DNA of 56,009 nt, counting the filler, from Thelocarpon superellum (taxonomy: Eukaryota): the NCBI GenBank assembly GCA_026025795.1. It is 3 parts of 3 records of this genome, joined end to end, with 100 filler letters (N's around TTAATTAATTAA, not from the genome) between each part and the next. Parts side by side here need not be neighbours in the genome. Positions count along the whole stretch, not along the records: positions 37,473 to 56,009 come from JAPEUG010000361.1; 2 more parts are not named here. One strand, 5' to 3'. The number at the start of each line of letters is the position of its first letter. Positions within the stretch are counted from its first letter, which is position 1. A program made the translations under genes and the position numbers. This document shows positions 46,755-56,009 of this stretch, one piece after another. The notes beneath the pieces are model-generated. The model was given only the letters and a program-made list of their open reading frames with translations. It did no database searches and was not told the origin of the DNA.

Positions 46755-47615
46755 ATGGTGAAGGCCCTGACGTTCAAGGGCGACAAGAAGTCCAAGAAGC
46801 GAAAGCGACCGCCCCCGCAAGAGGGAGCGGACCCGTCCGAGGAGACGGCCGTGACTCGCTCATCCGAGGCCCAAGCCGGCGAGGACGACAGCTGGGTCAC
46901 GGCCGAGGCGCCCTCGGACGTAGTCGGTCCCGTCATCTTCGTCCTGCCGTCCGATGAGCCCAGCTGCATCGCCTGCGACGCCAACGGCAAGGTCTTCTCC
47001 AGCAAGCTCGAGAACCTCATCGAGGGAGACCCGGCCACGGCCGAGCCCCACGATGTGCGACAGGTCTGGATCGCCAATCGAGTGGCGGGTACAGAGGGAC
47101 ACACGTTCAAGGGACATCATGGGCGGTGCGTCTGCTACACACATACGAGCACGCTTAGAACGGACGAGCTGATCATGGACGCATCTAGCTACCTGGGATG
47201 TGACAAATTTGGCATTCTGTCCGCAAGCCGAGAGGCCGTATCGCCGGCGGAATCCTTCACCTGCATTGCCACGCCCGACACGCCGGGTAGTCTGTCCATC
47301 CAAAGCATGCGAGAGACCTTTCTCTCCATCACGCCCACGGGCGCTCTGCCCGAAATTCGCGGCGATGCGGCGGAGATCACCTTCAATGCCACCTTTCGCG
47401 TGCGAATGCAAGCGCGGTTTAAGCCACGGCTGAAGGCGAACAAAGAAGAGAAGGCGAGGGAGAAGATCAGTCGTAAAGAGCTGGAGGAGGTCGTGGGACG
47501 ACGACTGAATGATGAAGAAGCCAGGAAGCTCAAGAAAGCGCGGCGCGAAGGCAATTACCATGAGGCCATTCTGGATGTCCGGGTCAAGGGAAAGCACGAT
47601 AAATTCGCAAGCTAG
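46755..47615 (+). CDS. FRG1: FRG1-like protein
   Basis: MVKALTFKGDKKSKKRKR, AEPHDVRQVW, FKGHHGR|YLGCDKFG, RMQARFKP and ARREGNYHEAILDVRVKGKHDKFA. In-frame intron 47126-47188. Confidence 0.93.
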   Translation: MVKALTFKGDKKSKKRKRPPPQEGADPSEETAVTRSSEAQAGEDDSWVTAEAPSDVVGPVIFVLPSDEPSCIACDANGKVFSSKLENLIEGDPATAEPHDVRQVWIANRVAGTEGHTFKGHHGRCVCYTHTSTLRTDELIMDASSYLGCDKFGILSASREAVSPAESFTCIATPDTPGSLSIQSMRETFLSITPTGALPEIRGDAAEITFNATFRVRMQARFKPRLKANKEEKAREKISRKELEEVVGRRLNDEEARKLKKARREGNYHEAILDVRVKGKHDKFAS

Positions 47616-48059
47616 CGGGGTAGCGGGGGACCGTTGGATTGAGATAGCTCTCAGGTACTACCTCAAGCTTGGGAACCCAACGTGCTCAGTCGAGCGAGGC
47701 ACCGGTCACCGGAGGTATTTCCCAGGCCCGCAAAGCAATCATGTTTTGAGGAGTGCCTTGCCTTTGCCGTCAGATCGTTTCCAACATTTTCGTCAAATCA
47801 ACGAGGCGCTCGGTGCATTCCAAGCGTTTTGAAATAAGTGGGCCACTTCAGCTTACGAAGTTTTCTCCGACAAGCGGAGCTGGGAGGCACAGTAAGTTTT
47901 GCGAGTCCTCGCCAGGACCACTCGACGTGTTGATGTCATTTTTACATAAGCGAGAGCATGCCCGTACCTGCTCTCATCTGACGCCATTCCATGCCATGCA
48001 TCAAAGGCTTTTGTGCAACGCTCCTCACATCACGAATAGCAGCTCCAAAGTACGTTAGA

Positions 48060-49327
48060 ATGTTGGCAAGATCATCTTTGAGGTCGCTGCACCCATTGAA
48101 GCAGGTCAGTATCGCCAGTGCGAAACAATTGGCCCGCGAAGGCTCGTCCGTGGTGTTATTGACCTCCTACGAACTCGCTCCCTCTGGCACCGGTGCACGA
48201 CAGCCTAGGTGGATTCGGCTGATGTGTCGGCATTATAGAACGTGCGCCGGTATGCCACCGAGCCCTCGAAAGGCGGCTCGAATACCGCACTCATCGGCGG
48301 CCTCGTGGCTGCCGCAGGCGTCGGCGCCTACTACTTCCTGAGCTCCGGCGGTCAGACTATCAAGGCTCCGGCCGCGGCCACGTCGATCGCAGAGACGGCG
48401 TCGGGCGTAGCATCCACCTTCACTGGAGGAGACCAAGGTTGGGTCAGCCTGAAGCTGAAGGACGTGGAGAACATCAATCATAACACCAAGCGCTTCCGCT
48501 TCGAGCTTCCCGAGAAGGAGCACGTGTCCGGGCTTCACATTGCTTGTACGTGCAGGCTTTCTCTTACGTCTTCTTCCGTCTTTATCCCGATCCCGCCAAT
48601 GACTAATTTCGTCCATCAGCTGCCATCCTGACCAAGCACCAGGGTCCAAAAGACGAGAAGCCCGTGATTCGCCCATATACCCCCGTCAGCGATGAAGGTG
48701 AGCTCTCGTCTTCGAAGGGGATGGCGAACGCGAGCGCTAATGGACGAGCCACACGCAGACGAGGCGGGTTTCCTTGATCTTTTGGTCAAGCGGTACCCAA
48801 ACGGTCCCATGTCGGAACATCTGCATGACATGAAGCCCGACCAACGGCTGGAATTCAAGGGGCCCATTCCCAAATACCCGTGGGAGGCCAACAAGCACGA
48901 GCACATCGCGCTGATCGCGGGGGGTACGGGCATCACGCCCATGTACCAGTTGTGCCGGGCGATTTTCAAGAACCCCAACGACAAGACTAACGTGACGCTC
49001 GTGTTTGGCAACATCTCGGAGGAGGACATCCTGCTAAAACACGAGTTTGAAGAGCTCGAGAACATGTACCCACAACGCTTTCGCGCCTTCTACGTACTCG
49101 ACTCGCCGCCGGAGAAGTGGATGCAAGGCAAGGGTCGGATCGACAAGAACCTGTTGAAAACGGTGCTGCCCGAACCCAAGTCGGGGAACGTCAAGATCTT
49201 CGTCTGTGGTCCTCCAGGCCTCTACAAGGCCATCAGTGGCACGAAAACGAGTCCAAAGGATCAAGGAGAGCTATCGGGCATCTTGAAGGAGCTCGGATAC
49301 AGCGAGGAACAGGTCTACAAATTCTAG
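48060..49327 (+). CDS. MCR1: Mitochondrial NADH-cytochrome b5 reductase 2
   Basis: Presequence [22 protein letters not shown] with a TM segment; motifs [42 protein letters not shown] and QVYKF. Three introns. Confidence 0.95.
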
Positions 49328-49509
49328 CTAATGGGTTGCGAAATGCTGTAGGGAGTAAAATACACCTGATCCCTGATATCCGTAGCGTCTAATAAAGCAA
49401 ATCCCCGAGAGCGACTGGGCAGCGTAGCTAGCTGGCGTGCCGCGAACTTCGATCGATGGCCGCCGTGATTGGGATGTGCCCTGAACAGCGCGGAGGGGCC
49501 TCGGGCGCA

Positions 49510-49558
49510 CGCGAGAACCCGCTGTAAAGTACCACTGTAAGTACAGCGGGTTCTCGCG
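49510..49558. repeat. Perfect 17-bp inverted repeat (hairpin, 15-nt loop)
   Basis: cgcgagaacccgctgta (49510-49526) pairs with tacagcgggttctcgcg (49542-49558). Confidence 0.9.
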
Positions 49559-50010
49559 CGCGCCATAGTATACGGAGCCCTTGTCAGCGCTCCTGCTACC
49601 AAAGCCTAGGGCGAGCACACGTCATCCGATGGCTTGAGCTGGACGGGAGGTTGTTCTTCCCACGACAACAGAAATGTGGGCGACACAAAGTGAACGAAGC
49701 CAGGCATGATGCACTAGTTGGCAGACCTGTGGGAAGGTTGTCGTCCTCCGTCCTCCGTCCTGCGTTCATGGAGGACTTCTATGACTCGTATTACGACGGC
49801 GGAAAAAGTGACCCCATCCCGGCTAAGACGGCCCGGTCATGTTACCAGGCCAGCTTCCCGGGCCATCACTATCTCTCGAGCTGTTGACCAATCCAGATTG
49901 TAGCTGACGTCAGAAGAACGGCCGTCTCTCACATAGTTTTTAGCCATGGCTGTTCCGTCTTCGTTCATGATGAACGCTCTTTCTGGCATTGCTGTGACTC
50001 ACGAGCAAGG

Positions 50011-52104
50011 ATGCAGAGTGTCTTACAATATCGTCGCTTTGGCAGGCGGCTCCGCGCCCAATACGAGCAGCATCTCGAGAGGTTGGCGGCCGAAGGCATA
50101 GAATCAACCGCCGTCAATCCTCCAAACGAGCATCGCGTCCCATCCTCTTCCACTTCCACTTCCACTTGCACTCACTCTCAACCTCCCTCTTACCTACAGC
50201 CCGAGGGCGGTGGCGATCATGCGCGGGATCTCGAGGCCGGCAAGGCCCCGCCAATCCTGTCTCCGCATCCCGACAATGATGCCGGGATTGAAGAGCATGC
50301 CGGCCGAACTATGCCCGCCGACGAGATGATGTCAAGGTTATCGACGCAGAGATCACGGCGCAGTATGGGGCCTGCGTTGGGCGCCGTCTTGACTGGGATA
50401 GAGCGAAAAACCACAAGTCGTCAACAGACCGAGGTCTTTGTGGTAGAATATGAAGGTGAAGGAGACCGCCAGAACCCACATAATTGGAGCATTTGGACGA
50501 GATCCCTAGCCACGTATGTGCTTCCACTCAGCCCGCAACCGTCTCGCCTCGCGCGGCAGTCCAGCCCCGCCGCCACGTCCCGGGCTAATGATGTTCGTCT
50601 GTAGGATGTTGATCGCCGCCGTCGGCTTCGTTGTTGGCATCGCCAGTTCCATCGACTCCGGCGCCCTCCCACAAGCTTCCGCTGAGTTTGGCGTGAGCGA
50701 CGTGACGGAATCACTGGCGACAGGTATAGCAGCGAATGTGGTCCCTCTTTGCCCTGGTTCGCGGCCCGTGCTGACCATCTAGGCCTCTATCTTGCAGGAT
50801 TCGGCGTAGGGGCTCTCTTCGCCGGTCCTTTCTCGGAAACGGTGGGACGGAACCCGGTGTACATCGCCACGCTCAGCCTGTTCATGATTTGGATCATGGC
50901 CAGCGCGCTCGCTCCCAACATCGGGGCGCAGCTGGTGTTCCGCTTCCTCGCCGGCTTCTTCGGTTCCACGCCCCTGGTCTGCGTGGGTGGCTCCCTGTCG
51001 GATCTCTGGACACCCATGGAACGAATCTACACCTTTCCCATCGTCGCCAACGCCGCCTTCATCGGCCCCATCATGGGCCCCGTCCTTGGCGGCTTCATTG
51101 GGGAGAGCACGGTGGTCAGCTGGCGGTGGGTCGAGTGGACGACGCTCATCATGTCCGGATTGATTCTGAGCCTCCTGGTGCTCTTCCTCCCCGAGACCTT
51201 CGCCCCCGTTCTCTTGAAGTGGAAGGCATCGCAGCTGCGCTCTCTCACGGGAGATGAGCGATACAAGGCCGCGTTAGAAATCCGAGAAGACACGTTTCTG
51301 GAACGACTGAAGGTGGCCTTGTACCGGCCTTTCCTGCTTACCTTCTCCGAGCCCATCATCCTGCTGCTCGCCGTCTATCTGACCGTCATCTACGTCATCT
51401 TGTTCACGTTCTTGAACGGGTACACCTTCATCTTCACGGACATCTACGGCTTCTCGCAGGGCATCACGGGCCTCTCCTTTCTCGGGATCGGCATCGGTCT
51501 CTGTCTGGCCACGCTGCTCGTCCCGCTGATCTACCGCTGGGCGCAAGCAGAGCTGAAGCAGGTCGAGGAGAAAGGGGGCCATAAACTCCCTCCCGAGTTT
51601 CGCCTCTGGTTCGCCATGCTCGGCGCACCCGCCATCCCCATCTCTCTGCTTTGGCTTGGTTGGACCAGCTACGCGTCCATCAGTCCGTGGTCGGCTCTGG
51701 TATCGTAAGTACTGCGACGACTCTTAACTCCTTGCCGGCAAGACCTTACAGCCCAGTACGTTATCACGCAAAACGCTCGACTAACGGTTCCTTTCTTCCT
51801 TGCTTGCTTGTGCAGGACGGTCCTCCTCGGGTACGGCTTCTTCACCGTCTTTCTAAGCAGCTACCTGTACATCATCGACAGCTACGAGATCTACTCTGCG
51901 TCGGCGCTGGCGTCGCTGACGCTGATCCGGTACCTCGCGGCCGGCGGGATGGTGCCTGTCGCCGTGCCCATGTACCAGAACCTCGGGGTCCACTGGACCT
52001 GTACTATCTTGGCTGGTCTGAGCCTCTTGATGGTTCCCGTCCCCTACGCTTTTTACAAATGGGGCCCGAGGATCAGAGCTAGGAGTAGATTCACCCCGGC
52101 TTGA
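50011..52104 (+). CDS. MFS drug:H+ antiporter (DHA1 family)
   Basis: DRQNPHNWS, GPFSETVGRNPVY, FRFLAGFFGS, GPIMGPVLGG, WRWVEW, PETFAPVLL, PEFRL, YIIDSYEIYSASALA and GPRIRARSRF. Three introns. Confidence 0.95.
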
Positions 52105-52443
52105 GTGGAGTGGGATAAAGGGTAGATTGCAAGGTACGTGATGTGGATAAGATACGGGAAGATAGATGGTTAAGTAGATGAATAGATGTATAAAGAGCGT
52201 GATGAGTAGATAATTTGTGCTTTGAGGCAGGAAAATCACATTATGCGCCGTCCCGTCTTCCATCGCTGCTCTCGCTGCGGCTGGTCCCGATGCTCCTGCT
52301 GGTGCAATGATTGCGTGGATGATGTCTCGCGCGGCTTGCCAGTGCGGAAATAGGGGTGGACATCCAGCTGGAAATCGTCCTGTTCCGCACCAAGTAAATC
52401 GACCATATGAAAAGATTCGTACGTTCGTGGCTTGTGCCTTTTC

Positions 52444-53250
52444 TTAGGCTCCGCGCTCTCCTGGTTTGAATGCGCTCTCTTCCCGTCGAGTGACACTCCC
52501 CCCTACCTTCGCCATCGGCTTCGGATGGGCTTTGGCCTCCTGATAATGCAACTCTGCGGCTTCCAGATGCAACTCCGCTGCTTCGAGGTGAAGCTCAGAG
52601 AGGAAGTCGTCCACGAGAGTGCGAGAATCTGTCTCGGTCTCGGTCTCGGTCTCCTCCTCCGGTTCTGTCTCTGCTTTCGTCTCCGCTCCCGCTTCCACCA
52701 GTGGAGCCGAAGATATCTGACGACGATCTTCAATGGGACCCAGCATGGACTTTAGCGCCACTGGAGCACGCCGGGCCTTCTGCTTCACGGGGTTGTATCG
52801 CCCTGCGCGGCGATCTTCAGGTCCGTCATCATGAGACACCACGCCTGTGTCAAGCTGTGGAAGGACCTGTAAGCGCCGCAGGGTGCGGCTCTTGAATGAG
52901 GATGCAGCGTCTTCGAAAAGCGGCGTCGGCACCAGTGCCATGGTCGACAGCGCCATCGTGGGCGGCACGGGACCTTGCATCTCAAACGTCACGTTCGGGT
53001 GAGCGTAGAGGACGCGTTTCTTTTTGAGCTCCGGCTGGCTCTCCTCCGGCCGCCACTGTTGCGGTCGCTGTTGACGCTGCTGGTACGACAGGTAAGTGGA
53101 CGCACGGCGTTGCGTGGGAGAGGACAGAGATGGGGATGACAGGTGACCTTTGCCGGCAGGGTGCGGAGACCGCTTTGAGTCCGTGGGTGGCGCGACCTCG
53201 TCTCGGCGGCTGGGCTTCCGTCCCTGCGCTGCAGGCGGTGATGCACCCAT
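52444..53250 (-). CDS. Possible hypothetical low-complexity protein (ETETET and AELHLE repeats)
   Basis: 268-codon ATG ORF with codon-phase repeats. No domain recognised and both ends uncertain. Confidence 0.35.
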   Translation of the reverse strand: MGASPPAAQGRKPSRRDEVAPPTDSKRSPHPAGKGHLSSPSLSSPTQRRASTYLSYQQRQQRPQQWRPEESQPELKKKRVLYAHPNVTFEMQGPVPPTMALSTMALVPTPLFEDAASSFKSRTLRRLQVLPQLDTGVVSHDDGPEDRRAGRYNPVKQKARRAPVALKSMLGPIEDRRQISSAPLVEAGAETKAETEPEEETETETETDSRTLVDDFLSELHLEAAELHLEAAELHYQEAKAHPKPMAKVGGSVTRREESAFKPGERGA

Positions 53251-54239
53251 TGTACCTTACCCGTGCAACTGGGTATCCGGGTATGCCTTGCTCGAGTTGG
53301 TGGGTCTCCTTGCCCGTCCAGCTGCGATCGATCCTCGAGGGCCTAGTAAAGCGATGCTTCTCCTCCAATAGCCCCTGTAGCACAGCTGGGAGGAAGCGGA
53401 TATGCCATGGCGAGGCTGCTTATTTGTAGCAGGATGCTCACCGCTATCAAGCGTTGTTCAAGGTTCTTACTGTCATTCGGGTGACTGAGTGTTAGTGGTG
53501 GCGGTTGAATGATACCACGGGATTGTTCAGGGTGACCACTCCACCGCTCTATGCTCATATAATGATTATAACCCAGGGGCATCGAAAGCTGCATGGCTTG
53601 TAGATACACTTCGACTACAATTGAACAAGCGTCAGGCACGAAAGGATTTAACGATGGTAAGTGAGGTGGGTATTTGAGTGCGTCCTGTAGAGCCGGAACA
53701 ACGCTTTAGACTCACCCGGCTAAGCGATTCTCTACCCGTGGACGAGCGCGATCACAGTCACAAATCTTATCTCTTCTCGTTTGCCCGCCACCTCCGCCTT
53801 CTGTCGAACCACTTGCTTTCACTCCCAGGAGTCACGCCAAACTACTAGTTTTATGTGTCTTCTCTTTGAAGAGCGTCGTAGACCCACATCCAGTCGTGAC
53901 CAGTGCACTACATGTGTTATCATTCCACAGTATTCCATGAGTAACGCTCCACTTGATCGAGTGACCCAGCGTCAGAATTTCCGCAGCTTGAAGCCGTGTT
54001 ACGTCATCAAGCATCATGAAGTATCTCCGCGGTGTGGTGCGGTCCAATGCAGTGTGGACCAGAGCGCGAGTGACTTACTTTAATTACCTCAGTCAAAGCA
54101 CTTGACGATCGGATGTTTTTCCACGACCAGAGATGAGTCAAATGCTGTTCAATGGCGGATATAAGAATGTCCAGACACGCGAACGTGCAAGGTTTGCGGA
54201 GAGACTGAACAAGTTTTGCTGAAACAAGTGATCGAACGA

Positions 54240-55852
54240 ATGACTGAATCGAAGGGTGTCACGGATGCTGAGACGAGTGATTCTCCAAATGTTCCTACTA
54301 TTTCTTACGATGAGTCGGCTCTCGTGGAGGGGCAGACATGCCGTAAATGTACTACGGAAGTTGCATCGACCAATGAACTTCACTCAGAAATACCAACCCC
54401 CTCTTCATCTGTCACTCCCATCAGGGACGATGAGTCGTCAACTTATCCCGAGGGCGGGCTCCGGGCCTGGTCGGTGGTGTTTGGGTCCTTTTGTGGCATG
54501 ACGGCCTGTTTCGGGCAGATGAACTCCATCGGAACGTTTCAGGCGTACATCAGCACGCACCAGCTCCAAGACTACAGTCCGTCGACCACAGGCTGGATCT
54601 TTTCTCTCTACGTCTTCCTCGCCTTCTTCTGCGGCGTGCAGATTGGCCCCGTCTTCGATGCCCGGGGGCCGCGAGGCCTCATTCTCGCCGGCAGCGTTAT
54701 CGGCGTCACCGGCATGATGCTCTTGGGTATCTGCTCGGGTGCGTATTCCCCTGCCCTGCTTGATCCCCGCCTCTAGCCCCCCGCTAACCTCCATCGTCCT
54801 CCAGAGTACTGGCACTTCATCATCGTATGGGGCATACTCGGCGGCACAGGAGCGGCGCTGATCTTCACGCCCGCCGTGGCCAGCATCGGGCACTTCTTCT
54901 TGGCGCGGCGCGGCGTCGCCACAGGCATCGCCACGACGGGCGGTAGCGTAGGCGGAATCGTCTTCCCATTGATGCTACAGGGCCTGATCCCCAAGATCGG
55001 GTTCGCATGGAGCACGCGCGTCATGGGCCTGATCATCCTCGTGCTGACGCTCTTCGCCAACCTCCTCATCCGCTCGCGCCTGCCCCGTGTCAGGGGCGTC
55101 AGCGCCCGCCCGGACTTTGGCATCTTCGCAGAGCCAACCTTCCTCCTGACCACCATCGGTGTCTTCCTCATCGAATGGGGTCTGTTCATCCCCTTGAGCT
55201 ACATTAGCTCCTACGCGCTCGCTAACGGGGTCTCGCCTGCCTTCTCCTACCAGCTCCTGGCCATCTTCAATGCCGGCTCGTTCTTCGGCCGCGCCGTCCC
55301 CGGCTGGATCTCGGATCATCTCGGCCGCTTCAACGCTATGATTCTTACTATTGCCCTCTGTCTTCTTACGACCCTCGCCTTGTGGCTTCCGGCCGGCACT
55401 TCAACAGCCCTCATTGTCCTCTATGCCGTTTCGTTCGGCTTTGCCAGCGGGAGTAACATCAGGTTGGTCTTCGATCATGTGCTCTGGACCAAAGCACAAA
55501 AGAAGCTGACGCGCTCCTTTTCTCCTCCTCTTTCCAGCTTGACTTCCGTATGCGTAGGCCAACTATGCAAGACGGAGAACTACGGCCGATATTACGCCAC
55601 GTGTTATACGATTGTAAGCTTTGGGTAGGTCTCACTGGCGACTCGTGGCGCATACACATCCAATCAACGTACTAACACGGCCCATATAGGTCCCTGACCG
55701 GTATTCCAATCGCAGGCCAGATCATCTCCATGGACAACGGGAGTTACTGGGGTCTGATTGTTTTCACGGGCATGTGCTACGCGGGTGGCTTAGTTGCATT
55801 TGTCGCCGCCCGCGCCGTGGCTGTTGGATGGAGCGTGCGTGTTGTGTTCTAG
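54240..55852 (+). CDS. MFS monocarboxylate-porter family transporter (Mch5/Esbp6-like)
   Basis: YPEGGLRAWSVVFG, GPVFDARGPR, GHFFLARRGVATGIATTGGSVGGIVFP, FFGRAVPGWISDHLGRFN, GFASGSNI|SLT and G|SLTGIPIAG. Three introns; stop at 55850-55852. Confidence 0.94.
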
Positions 55853-55946
55853 ATGGTGCTGGCTATGTGTCTGCTTGTTGTCTCTTCGTCGGCTTGGACT
55901 TTGCTTCTACGCTGATATGAAGATTAGGCGGCGTCTCTCTTGGTTC

Positions 55947-56009
55947 CTTGCTTTCTTGCTTTCTTGCTTTCTTGCTTTCTTGCTTTCTTGCTTTCTTGCT
56001 TTCTTGCTT
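55947..56009 (+). repeat. (CTTGCTTT)n 8-bp tandem repeat running off the window end
   Basis: Just under 8 perfect copies visible. Confidence 0.95.

Noticed and set aside
14774..49327. Adding the CIA30-like gene and MCR1 to the mitochondrial cluster
   Set aside because: They lie on different segments separated by artificial spacers, and this CIA30-family protein has no evident presequence.
45130..55852. Secondary-metabolite cluster (2OG oxygenase plus two MFS transporters)
   Set aside because: No backbone enzyme (PKS, NRPS or terpene synthase) is present, and housekeeping FRG1 and MCR1 are interspersed.
55947..56009. Terminal repeat as telomere or CRISPR array
   Set aside because: It is a simple 8-bp microsatellite with no spacers and is not TTAGGG-like; the context is eukaryotic.

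Overview
GC-rich, intron-containing genomic DNA from a filamentous ascomycete (Pezizomycotina-type genes; short GT..AG introns with CTRAC/CTRAT branch sites). It is not one contiguous locus: two identical artificial spacers (44 N + TTAATTAATTAA + 44 N) at 18670-18769 and 37373-37472 join three segments. Segment 1 holds a C2H2 transcription factor (truncated by the window edge), a CCC1/VIT1 vacuolar iron transporter with a symmetric CCAAT-N12-ATTGG promoter element, an 81-aa microprotein, an F-box-like protein, an orphan ~7-TM membrane protein, a low-complexity protein, a CIA30-family protein and a bZIP factor. Segment 2 holds a GH16 glucanase and then a run of mitochondrial gene-expression genes (EHD3/mS47, uL4m, mL38, IMP1, mtIF3, EF-Tu), interrupted by a large NLR-like gene (SesB-type hydrolase - NACHT - ~20 ankyrin repeats - ZZ finger). 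Segment 3 holds a SprT-like metalloprotease, an Hmo1-like HMG protein, a conserved hypothetical protein, a 2OG-Fe(II) oxygenase, FRG1, MCR1 and two MFS transporters. The most interesting items are the mitochondrial translation cluster and the NLR inside it, which may also make a hydrolase-only isoform. All family calls come from motif recognition by eye and exon boundaries were spliced by hand; no database search was run. No tRNA, rRNA, CRISPR array or transposase was recognised.
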